Below, piece by piece: positions 25,575-37,697 of a DNA stretch of 64,000 nt. The position numbers were made by a program, and so were the translations under genes. The stretch is from Euprymna scolopes (Eukaryota). The notes beneath the pieces are model-generated. The model was not told the origin of the DNA. It saw only the letters and a list, made by a program, of their open reading frames with translations, and did not search any database. The stretch lies in NCBI GenBank assembly GCA_053919585.1, contig CM132793.1, one strand, 5' to 3'. Position 1 is the stretch's first letter, and each line of letters starts with the position of its first letter.

Positions 25575-26680
25575 AACAAGACAAAGGTGTTTGAAGAGTT
25601 TTATCACTGCATAAGCAAAAGGGTTCGGCATCTAAAAAACAATATGTAGCCTTCACATTTTCACCATGTTTCAGAAAAATCTGATGGATGTGGAAAAAGT
25701 TATTGGGTCAAAAGTACTATTTTTTGCAATTTTGAGGCACTTATGACCACTTTTCACCTCCTCGGAACGCTGAGTCTCAGTGGAAATAGACAGACGGTGC
25801 AGTTTTACGCATTAAGACGTATACTTTAATTAAGAACTATAGAAAAACCACTATATAATCATACATATAAAGTGTTTGAGTAATATGAAAAAAGAGATCA
25901 AAGAAAGCATGTTTTTCAGCCTTAAAACTCCCAATGGGATTGGAACCAGGATTTTGCCAGTGTCACTCATACTGAATTTATATTAAGAATAAGAGCCTTC
26001 ACATGTTGGTCAAGTTTCAGGAAAACCTAATGGATAGATTAAACACAATGAGGCATAAAGTGTAATATTTTGCCATTTTGGGGGCATTTTTGACCTATTT
26101 TGAGGTCATTGTGACACCGACTCCCAGTGTAAATCAATAACGGTGCAGTTTTAGACCTTAACACATGTATATTTGAGTAGAACACCGAGAAAAACCACTA
26201 TAGAGTCAGACATATCAAGTTTTTGTTGAAAAATATGAAAAAAGAGCAACAAAAAGGGATGACCTTAGCACTGAAAGTTTCTAAGGACGCGAACAAGAAT
26301 TTTGGCACACTGAATTTTTATTAAAAACAGTTGACCCCACATTTTGTCCAAGTTTCAGAAAAATATAGTGCATGAATCCAAAGTTATGGGGCAAAACGTG
26401 TCATTTTTTACATTTTAGGTCAATTTGACCTCTTTTGAGAATCTGGGGAGGAAACGAGAATTTTCACAATTTTTTTTTTCACTGTGACATCTATTTAATG
26501 AAATGCACTTTGTGGCTAAGTTTCAAGAAAATCTAGGGTACGCCTATCTGGCAATCGTCCGTAATATCGTACGGACAGGCGCACGGACGGACAGACGGAC
26601 AGAAGCACGGACGGATGTATGGAAGCACGGATGCCACTGAAAACATAGGCCCCTCTCCGATAAATTCAGGGATCAAAATC
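25575..26680 (+). mobile_element. Non-autonomous Helentron/HINE-like element with ~340-bp internal tandem repeats
   Basis: Repeat units start at 25651, 25997 and 26335, with a partial unit at ~26505; then a (CGGA)n-rich microsatellite (26571-26632) and a GAAAACATAGGCCCCTC...AGGGATCAAAA hairpin terminus. Confidence 0.65.
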
Positions 26681-26931
26681 AATAATAATTACAATACAAT
26701 TCAATTTAGTTTACAATGTATTGTAAAGATATCACTACGGATGAGGTATGTGACGTTTACTATCATTGCATCGCAGTTGCTTTCACACTATAGAAATGAA
26801 TCAAACAATTTGATTGAAAAAATTGGCATATCCACCGATTTCAATGACAATAAAAGTATGGCCTTAAACATGTTTATATGCATTCAATCCGGCGCAATAG
26901 CGAGTCTCCCTGCTATTTTACGAGACAATAC

Positions 26932-27009
<78 letters not shown>

Positions 27010-28015
27010 GTTTTTATATATTATATGTGTGAGAGAATATATAATTATTTCCACTGCCAGACAACATTGCAGCCAGCAAGAGCCACGAAATCCAACGTGT
27101 GATTTTAAGTGTTTTTATTTAGACAGCATTCTTTTATTTAAACTAATTTTGTTAAAGTCAACACAAAGCGTCCGTTTGATTAGATTTGTTTTATCTGTTC
27201 AATTCATCTGCCGATCTTTTTAGTGTGCAGATTGAAAGAATCGATGCAACTCCCATGGTTACTTTGTGTGGTTTGAAGTTGGCCGCACTGTTGCCTCACA
27301 TCTTTCAAAAAAGACATCTTCAGGAGAGTTGTGTGCGTATTAGTGTGTGGAAGGTTGAGAAATTTTTATACAGTAGCAGCGGAGAAGCATCCCAGCTGTG
27401 AGTGCCCAGTATGTGAGAGAGAAGTGCCCAATTCTGTTGTCATGGTTGTGTCGTATAGTGTGTTGGCGGATTAGAACATACGTGTTAGTGTGTTTTTGCG
27501 GAATTATAATGTAATTTCATTAAAAGTAATATTTTTATTTTTAATATACATAGCATGGTTTCATCGTGCATTATTTTGTATTGAAAAAGAACCTCTCCCA
27601 CTTCATTGAGGAGGAAGGTATGTTTTTTGTGTAAATGTTGTCACATTGTATTTGATTCTGTATTATGCATGGAAATGCGACGTGATTCGATAGCCGTTGT
27701 GTAACTACTGTGGAGCTACTAGTTTTATAGTTATAACAGGAGCTACACTCTCTCCAAAGGGTAATTCGGACTTTTATATGTATACTATATAAATAATATG
27801 TATTAACATACCAACAAAACCTCCGACCCCCCTTGCACTAATATTTACATCTGTCTTAATAACGTGTTCTTTGAAAGAAGAAATACAACGCCGCGTCCAA
27901 TTGGGTATACACACGGATCTTGCATCAATTCTTTTGATCCACACATTGAAAAGATAACCAGAAACATTGAAAAAATATAATCAATGTGTATGTGTGTGTT
28001 CGGGCGCGCGCACGC

Positions 28016-28072
<57 letters not shown>

Positions 28073-28620
28073 GTTTAGGAGTGCTATGTTAAATAGATAA
28101 CCAAAGATGATTATATAAACTTTTTTTTTTACTTTAATGTAGCAGACCAATATTCAATGTAACGTTTAATTCTATTTTATAGATCCTACAACGGNNNNNN
28201 NNNNNNNNNNNNNNNNNNNNNNNNNNNNNNNNNNNNNNNNNNNNNNNNNNNNNNNNNNNNNNNNNNNNNNNNNNNNNNNNNNNNNNNNNNNNNNNNNNNN
28301 NNNNNNNNNNNNNNNNNNNNNNNNNNNNNNNNNNNNNNNNNNNNNNNNNNNNNNNNNNNNNTCAATTCAATTAATTATATGAATGTTCATTTTTTCCCTA
28401 AATACGAGTTGGGAATAATATTCCTCTTGACAATTTGTTTGCCAGCAAATAGAGAACGGCAATAATTCTTACTTGACACGTGTTTCCCGGTNNNNNNNNN
28501 NNNNNNNNNNNNNNNNNNNNNNNNNNNNNNNNNNNNNNNNNNNNNNNNNNNNNNNNNNNNNNNNNNNNNNNNNNNNNNNNNNNNNNNNNNNNNNNNNNNN
28601 NNNNNNNNNNNNNNNNNNNN

Positions 28621-28730
28621 TTTGTCTGAGTTCGGTCACAGCAAACTCGAAACGGCTGGGCTGATTTTTATGAAAACTGTGGCGGAATTACTTTAGGTAC
28701 CTGACAGAGTTCATAGGTAGCTTTTGTCTC
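28621..28730 (+). mobile_element. Helitron/HINE-like 5' segment adjacent to a gap
   Basis: TTTGTCTG...AACTCGAAACGGCTGGGCTGATTTTTATGAAA motif, common near the 5' ends of non-autonomous Helitron-type elements. Confidence 0.35.
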
Positions 28731-29275
28731 GGAATGCTCTTCATGAGTATCCATGACCGGTAATCGCCAAATATATTATGAGTGTCCTAGATGTCGATTT
28801 TGATCATAGTTTATACCTTGTAGCGCCTAACATCATGAATGCATATGAGAAGTTTTATTACTACACGAACCGAAAGGCCCAACATATAATCAATACCAGG
28901 ATCTTTGATATGACAGGTGCATGTTAGAAAAACACGTTTTTGTATAAAGCACAATTTGACCCAGATTCTTTGTATTTTTTTCAACACAAATTCAAGCACA
29001 TTCATCGCACGAGCAGAAAAGTCAGTCAGTTGAAATCAACAGTTTTTTTTTATAACAGGAGCGCGTTTAAAATAAATGTTTCTGTTTAAAGCACAATAGA
29101 AGCATGATACTTTAAAAATTAAACTTAAGACATTATATATAAAAATACGTTCATTAAATCAAAAGCAAGTTCCGTATTATGCAGTGTTTACTATAATATA
29201 TTGTAAACTTAGTAATTGCGAGAGGTATGTGAAGCTTCTTTCAGGTGCATCACAATGGGTTCAGAACTATAGCAG

Positions 29276-29348
29276 AAAATTTGATTTAAAAATTTCATTG
29301 AAAATTTTGATTGAAAAATTTGATTAAAAAATTTGATTTAAAACTTGT
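29276..29348. repeat. 13-bp minisatellite (AAAATTTGATTNA) x~5.5
   Basis: Direct inspection. Confidence 0.8.
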
Positions 29349-30390
29349 CGATTACACGATATCGAAACCATCAAATATGGGAGTGTGAAGCATTCGTTGA
29401 TTTTCCTGCTAGCATATATGAAAATATATATCATCATCGGCATTTACTAAAAATACATATGAAACAATGTAAAGCAATAATTTTAGATATTTAAGAATTT
29501 ACTATGAATATATCAAACCAAACGAGACTGGCTTTATCATTCCGATGAGACTTTGAAATGCATATAATATAGTTTATTTTTGAAATAATAGATTACAAAG
29601 GGAATAGGTAAAAAAGCGGGAACACTCTCCTGTGAAATGTAGTTATCTTACTGTCACTACCTAACGCGACAAGAAGATTTCATTTAAAGATGAAATGATT
29701 TTCTTGTAAATAGCTTCAAGCTAAGATGACAGAATGTATACGTGACATGTTTATTCGTATAGTGAGTACAAAAAGCTTATGAAAACCGACAGGAATTTTT
29801 AGAATTCATAAAAAGAATATTGACTATATTAGGAAAAATAGAAAAAAGGTGGTACATAAAGGGGATTTTGTTCCAAGAATAGTACGGAAAATATTCAGCG
29901 CTGAACAAAATATTATATGTAGATAAGTTTACATTGTGAATATATTAGCGTCAATAGTTTGGTGGATTAAAAATATATATAATAATACACGCGCCGAGAG
30001 GGATGAAAAGCGAGATTGATACACGAAAGGCAGACAGAAAGCTATAGAGAGAATTAATGTAATATATTCGTGTAAATTTGGTAGTCTATGTAATATTAAA
30101 AAGACAACTAATTTACAGTTAAGGCAAAACCGCCTACATAAAAATTGTTTTTATTGTTTCAGACTTGTAATTCGAATAACACTTTTTGATGCATGGAAAA
30201 ATATTAATATTTATTTCTATAGCAATAGTTCTATTAAAAAATGGATATATGCATGAGTTACATTCACATTCATGGATCAAATTTGAAAATGCGAGAATTA
30301 GAAATATGAACATGTCAAATCTGTTTAGTAAATAGTGACAACCCTTTTTTTCTGGATTGCCAATATCTATCAAATGGTGAATATATATTT

Positions 30391-30425
30391 AACTAGCAGG
30401 ACCCGTTACCTGACCTTGCCCGGTG
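30391..30425 (-). mobile_element. Helitron-type 3' terminus
   Basis: The minus strand reads CCGGGCAAGGTCAGGTAACGGGTCCTG-CTAG-T: a GC-rich subterminal segment followed by CTAG|T. Confidence 0.35.
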
Positions 30426-31410
30426 ATTTCATGCCCTTCCCGCGTAAAACAATTATTGTGGGGATGTTGTTGTTGTTTCCCCACCCTCAAATTTCTGATG
30501 TGAAGAACGTCTTTCGGAGTGGACGTCCTATTTTGTGAGTGGGGAAGAAATTTGCCGAAAAAATAATTTGGATAACACTTGCAGAATTTCCAGGCGCAAA
30601 TACTATTAACGAAAAACGAAATTTGGTGGTCGTAGTGTCGCTCGGCCCGTGCGTACAAATCTGTGGCAGGGTATGTTCAGGTTATGGTAAATTTGTTAGC
30701 AAGTCTGGGGTAAAAATGACAGTTTACAATAATCAAAAATAGAAACAACATAAACAGAACGGTTTCTTTAAATAATACACACAAATTATTTATTTAAACA
30801 ATATACAGGATTTTGTTTATACTATGAAGAATATAAATATTACACTTTATAAATTGAAACTATAAACCTTTGTAAATGTTTATTTAAGACAACAGAAAAC
30901 GAATTTTGATAGAAATATTGTTAAAATACATGTTTCCAATACCTACAAGAAAATAAAATATCGGAAATTAGTTAAAAACAATTTCTATTGTCTTGCGACC
31001 ATTTTCAGTTAAAAACAATAAGCAAACAGTAATTATTAGTTATAACTGTTTAAAGTATGTAAAACAGTTCCCAATGTGTATACCTAGGCGAAAACAATTG
31101 AATATGCTTTGTGATATATTTTCGTTGAAAAATAAAAGAAAAGCATGTAATAATAGTTATTACATGTGCGAGCCATGAAAAAAAACAACAAACAGAAATA
31201 AATTAAACAAAAAAGAAAATAGTAGCGAGTACACGTGCAATCGTAGAAATATTAGTTGCAGTAACGCGTCTGGAACTTTTTTTTTACATGGAGTTCACCA
31301 CTTATGAAGGCACAATGACCACTAACGCTAAAAGAAAATGGAGGTGTAAAACAGGAACATTTTGCTTAACTTGGCCACGGGAAACGGACAGCTTCTCGGA
31401 CCTTAAAAAT

Positions 31411-31546
31411 AACGCCTTTAAAATGTACTTTTCGCTAAACGTAAATGAATTTGCAAACGCCTTTATAACGAACGTTACATTAGACGTGAATAACTTTGCA
31501 AATGCCTTTAAAATGTACTATCGTAAGGCGTCAATTTCTTTGCAAA
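31411..31546. repeat. 45-bp tandem repeat x3
   Basis: AAYGCCTTTA...TTTGCA units at 31411, 31456 and 31501. Confidence 0.8.
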
Positions 31547-32597
31547 AGTGTCAACACATAAACTGATCACTCCTTGTTAATACAGCCCAGTTGATGGTGA
31601 AAGCTATCGATCCCATTTTGTCAATCTTTGTANNNNNNNNNNNNNNNNNNNNNNNNNNNNNNNNNNNNNNNNNNNNNNNNNNNNNNNNNNNNNNNNNNNN
31701 NNNNNNNNNNNNNNNNNNNNNNNNNNNNNNNNNNNNNNNNNNNNNNNNNNNNNNNNNNNNNNNNNNNNNNNNNNNNNNNNNNNNNNNNNTTTATTTCTTA
31801 CATATCCACTATTTTACTATAAAAAGCATCTTGTTGTGTTTGAAGTGACAGTTAATATTTTATTTTTTAACATTTCTTTTCTAAAATGATTCATTGACCT
31901 TACGTATATAGCGTTGTTGTTAAAATGCTACCTTATTTCCCGACATAATCTCACGATTGCAATAATGTTTATTCGACCTTTTTCTGTTGAAAGGTTTTCA
32001 TAAGGGTTACAATTTTAGCCCTATTTCTCATATACCTTCTTCGTTTGAAAACATTCCAATTTTACTGGAGGAAATTCTGAAACAGTCAAACTGCTAGTAA
32101 CAGCGGAGGGTAAAATGCAAAGTGTAGCTTTAATGCGGAGGAAAATCAGCAGGAACTTTAGGTTGTTTTTGTATTTAGTGATTGATCCTTTACATATAGA
32201 TTTTTGTCGATCAAAGAGCATAATATTTCCTTGTGGTACATTCATGGCTATATCATTCTCTTAGAAGGTATCGAAAATATTATTTAATATTAGGAATTGA
32301 TAGCGTGTTATTTATTTAGATATTTTATTACATTGCTATACCAGCGTGTTTTTAAAAACACACCTATACATATATTCATATGCATGTAATAAATGTAACT
32401 ATTTATAGATATATGTTCAATAAGTTTTAAAAGAAATAAAACGCCAAGTTACATGTTAAATTATTTCATTACCATAGCAATATGTATTATAGAAAGAGAA
32501 AAAGAAAGGACACCTCTTTAGGCTAAGATATTTGGCAATTAAATTGTCGTAAGAGAAAACTCGGTATTATACAAAGGTATAGATAAGAAGAGAACAT

Positions 32598-35396
32598 TAC
32601 TGTAGATCCGTGCTAGCGGCCACCAATGTAAGAAACCACACGTAGTGTAAAATGTATGAATATAATATGTATTTATCATAAATAATACAGGAGCCACTAA
32701 AGTGGTATGAGAGGAAGGTGTTCGTAGCATGCGGTGAAACATCGTATGAATGTCTCTATCTAGACTCTGACCCAGTTGTAATCATATCGCTGGTTGATTC
32801 CACTTAGTTCTCAAAGAAGGGTGATCTGTACCCACAACACACCCTCCCGAACTTTTCATTCCCCTGGAATGATCGTATAACTTTTTACCCTGGTGTTGAT
32901 CGCTATCGGGTCGGCCATTTTCCTTTCTCTGGAGAACCGGCGTTGTCCGACTGCTTGTGATGTTACCAGGTCGAGCGTGCCATATATCTGGCCCATTACC
33001 TCTTCTTGTTCAGCAAGACGTTTTTTTTTTTTTTTTGTCATCTGTGATACGTTTCCGAATTTAGTACAAGTGCTTTTTTGGAGTAAATCTCGGACCTTCG
33101 ATAATGTAAACCATCCACCCGATCCTTTTATGGATCTTTTTTGTTTCCACGTCGTACTATTATTTTTGTGTACCTGGAAAAAATACCTCTTTTTTCGGAA
33201 ACATAGTATTTGCTGGTTTCACGTGTTTTAGCAAAATTTTTTCCAAAATCGACCTAATTTTAATCGCGAACATTATCTTTGCCGGCGACATCTTCGATGG
33301 GGCGCTTTCATTAGGCATAATTCGGTAACTTGTGAAATTTTCTGGAACATCTTCTCTAAGGGCGTTCCTTTAGCGTCTTCAGATCTCTTTGCATCATCCA
33401 ACAAAACTCTGTGCCTGACCGTTACATCGGGGATGATATGTTGGCGTCGTTATGTTGTTAATCTGGAAATCCTCGCAGAAGCTTTAAAACTCTGCTGAAG
33501 TGAATTATGTGTACCACTGTCCGACACTTGTCAATCGACCGCACCAACCCTACCTTACATTTCGTGAAGAACACTAGTTGGAAAATCCGTTGTTTGGCCT
33601 TTATATCGAAATACCTTATCCCATTTTGAAAAAAACTATCTACCACTACTAAATAACAGTTTCCATCCATTTACGTGTATTATTTGAAATGGGTGATCCG
33701 CTTTAGGCTACGGGCTGAATTGTATTGGCGGCGCTTTTGCAGCCAATGCTCATCCCTTACACGACTTTACCGTGCCTTATATATCATTTTCTATACGCTT
33801 TCATTAAACGTAGGACGTCTCAAGCATCTTTATTCGGGTAGCGCCAGGATGCCCCGTATAAAACTCCTTTAGGATATTTTTTTTTTGTGAAGCTCGGATT
33901 ACTACACTTTCTCGCTACAACAGTACCGCATTGCACATAGAATAAACCTCCGCAGCAGATTCATCTGATTTAATTTTTTTTGTTTCGTTTCTTAGATGAA
34001 ACTATGCTCTTCACCCTCATATATAATATCTTCCAAAGTAACTGGTAGTTCCTTGATAGTATTACACAGTATTTTTTGTATAGTGCCTTTCACTTTGTAG
34101 TGACGATATTACTGTGTCTTCTAGTTGTTCCCTTGATTTTGGGATTAATCGCGGCAATCCATCTGCATGACTTAATTTCACAAATGTAAGAAATTCCAAA
34201 TTGAAGTCGTAATTCCATAGAATGGTCCCCTATCTTTGCTGTATGTTTGTTGTGTAATTTGGCAGACCTGTTTTAGAGGCAAAGATGGTAATAAGCGACC
34301 TATGGTCAATTTTTATTTAAATATACGACCATGTAAAAATCGGTGGAATTTTGTAATTCCAATATGATCCCCAGTGCTCTTTTTCGATTAGGGAGTAATT
34401 CATCTTGGTAGGCAGAAAAGATCTTGACGCATGGGCGATCGGCTTAGTCGACCCATCCGGCATCTTGTGTAAAATAATGGCCTGCTCCCATAAGAACTTG
34501 CGTCTTTTGCGACAATAATCTCTTGTTCCGGATTGAAATGAGTCAGAGACGTTAATACATCTTTTAACTTCTTAAGCCCTGTCTGGCACTCAAACATCCA
34601 GCCCCATTTTTGTCTTTGTAATAGTACGTTCAATGACGTGCGTCAAAACATGCATATTCTTAATCAACGTTCGATAATAGTTCGCGAGCCCTAAAAAACT
34701 CTGCAGTGTAGTTTTATATTTTAGAAATCTCACCGCACTTTTCTTATGAGTTCTGTTTCAACTTGTAGTTTTTCAATAGCTAGAGAATGTTTTTAGCGAC
34801 GTCTTTATAAAATGCTTTTCGACAAAAATTGTTGTCCTTTATCGAAGTCTTTTTTATTCCGCGCATCTGGATTTTTATGCTCGAATGTTAGTTTTCTCCC
34901 CAACGTTGACAAGTAGTTTTCCCCTTCTTCACCGAAATTTTGAAAAGAAATACTTTTAACGTTTCGAATTTCCTCCGAGTGTAGTAAAAATATTTTGAAT
35001 TTTCGGCGTGTGTTTTAGTTTGCTTGAATAATTTTGGTCGTTCAATGTTGTCTTTCAATGACTGTTCTCTTTGTGAGAATTATCTTTCCCGAATATTCGC
35101 CATCCAGTTGTTGTAGATTGATCCTAGATGTTCGTGCATTATCCTTGTCAGACGGTTGTTTAGACGCGTTTAGGGGTCCACAAATGAAAGATAACACAAA
35201 TAGAATGAAGTGTATGAATATATGTATTTATCATAACAAAATACAGGAGTCACTAAAGTGGTATGAAATGAACGTGTTCGTAGCATTCGGTTAAACATGA
35301 TATGAATGTATACATCTAGTCTCTGAAACCAGTGGTATTCATAGGACTGTTTGATTCCACTTGTGATCAAATAGAGGTGATTTGTCCTCCACAACA
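32598..35396 (-). mobile_element. Internally deleted Gypsy (Mag-like) LTR element 2
   Basis: ~240-bp LTRs at 35156-35396 and 32598-32839 (TGTTGTGG start on the minus strand); PPT GGGAGGGTG (32840-32848); degenerate PBS (35141-35155); near-TSD AACAC/AACAT; RNase H LTHFNPEQEIIVAKDASSYG (ORF 34400-34633) and integrase MDGNCYLVVVDSF (ORF 33458-33670). Most of gag, PR and the RT core are missing. Confidence 0.85.
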
Positions 35397-37269
35397 AACA
35401 CCAACTTAAAGTCATTTTACTTAGAAATATAAATATTGCGATTATATAACGGAGTAAAAAGCAAAAGTGTATATACGGAGAGTTTGCAAATCTAGAGAAA
35501 GAAGAAGGTAATACCGAGAAACAAGCAGATATAAAAGGAATAGAAGATGAGGAAGCATGTTTAAGGAAAATAGATATAAAAGAGAAAGAACATATGTAAA
35601 AACAAAATATTATAAAAAAATAAACAACAAATCTAAATGTAAATAAATAAACAAAACATAGGAAATAGAATATTTTAGAGTACGCCTACTAAAGTTCTTG
35701 GATATTTAAACAAAAAGAGATAAAAGTACTCCACAATAATAACTTGCACGGAAATATCTATTTGCCGTCGTCTCCTCTCGTTCGCTGGGGGTGGGGAACG
35801 AACATTGACGTGATAGAAATAAGAGATATCCTTATTTCTGCATTATTCTAAGATGCGTTAATTGAGGCCATGGGGTCCCAGAGTTGTTGACCTTCGAGGG
35901 CGCAAGGATTCGCGCCACATGGTATTATTTGTTGATGTAATTTTATTTATTTGAATTATGATTTATTGAATTATGATATGACAGTTCCTATGCCAGTGGG
36001 GTGAGCTTAGGATTCCCTTAGTAAAAGTGGGTAGTAAAAAATGTATGTCTTCGTCATACATTTTTATGAATAATAGGGGAAGGAATGTAAGAGAAAGGGG
36101 AGAGAGAGAGTGAGTGAATTATAGTGCAGATACGTTGACCGGAATTCGAGATCAGCTGATTTGATTGCGTGTGAGTCATGTGATCAGGTTTGCTGAATCG
36201 TGGAGATTTGGTTGCGACTTGGACGAGAGCGGACGGCTTTCCCGTTGTCTCCTCCCCTTCGCTGGGGTTGGGAACGAACGCTGACGTGGTAGAAATTAGA
36301 CCTGGAAGCAATAAACAACACAGCCCAAATTAACTTTCCACCTTCTGCAAGACATCTGGGAAAGTGAAATAAACTATAGAACCAATTTCTTGTCTTCCTG
36401 TGAAATAAATCTTCGTCCCCCACAACAGGTATCAAGTCTCCCTCCCAGACGAGAATTTCCAGATTGACCAATAAAATGGCAGAAGGTATGTTCAAATGAC
36501 ATGTCACACACATATTCACACTTAACAGCATATGGACATATGTAATAGAAAGACCACTAGATGATCACACACAAAACGTCATTTACTCTGATAAGATAAT
36601 CAAACACTCAATCTTTTATAAATAGACACGTTTTAATACATCAGCTCCATTCCAATTTCAACTAATATACAACACACGCTCAGTTATGATACGACATCGT
36701 AACATTTAATGCTTACAACTTAAAGAAAAGTAAGCATCCAAATAACATAGAAGAAATAATTAAGTATATACATGGGGAAAACAAACACCAAGAACGTTGA
36801 ATAGCAGACACGGTAGTAAATGCCATTCCGAGTTACGTCAAGCAAAGAATAAAATAAATGAAAGAAGATGTAACGATTACTTAGAAAATAGACAGGGATA
36901 CAAAATACATATAGAACCAACAGATATATTATAAAAATATTTGCCCATACAAGCAGTCACTTGAANNNNNNNNNNNNNNNNNNNNNNNNNNNNNNNNNNN
37001 NNNNNNNNNNNNNNNNNNNNNNNNNNNNNNNNNNNNNNNNNNNNNNNNNNNNNNNNNNNNNNNNNNNNNNNNNNNNNNNNNNNNNNNNNNNNNNNNNNNN
37101 NNNNNNNNNNNNNNNNNNNNNNNNNNNNNNNNNNNNNNNNNNNNNNNNNNNNNNNNNNNNNNNNNNNNNNNNNNNNNNNNNNNNNNNNTGCAGTGTATCC
37201 TAAATGTATGGACGTCGATTAAGTACATAATAAGAAATTCCTTGTGCCACATCTTCATTGTTTCTACTC

Positions 37270-37335
<66 letters not shown>

Positions 37336-37501
37336 CACTCATTCAGTAAATTTAAAAATTTGGGACGTGAGATGTTTGAATTTGAAATCAGATGATTTTT
37401 ATTATTCTATGTGAGACAAAGAATACATTTGAAATATTACGGCAATTAATGTAAGACGATTTAGATAATATAAATGTTATTAATGTTAGATAATTTTATT
37501 C

Positions 37502-37569
<68 letters not shown>

Positions 37570-37636
37570 TGCGTGTGCGTGTGTGTGTGTGCATTTCTCG
37601 ATCTGTGTGTGTGTCTCTCTCTCACTCTTTCTCTCC

Positions 37637-37697
<61 letters not shown>

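Noticed and set aside
32036-32128. Minus-strand exon candidate with plausible acceptor and donor
   Set aside because: The peptide is unrecognisable and there are no partner exons.
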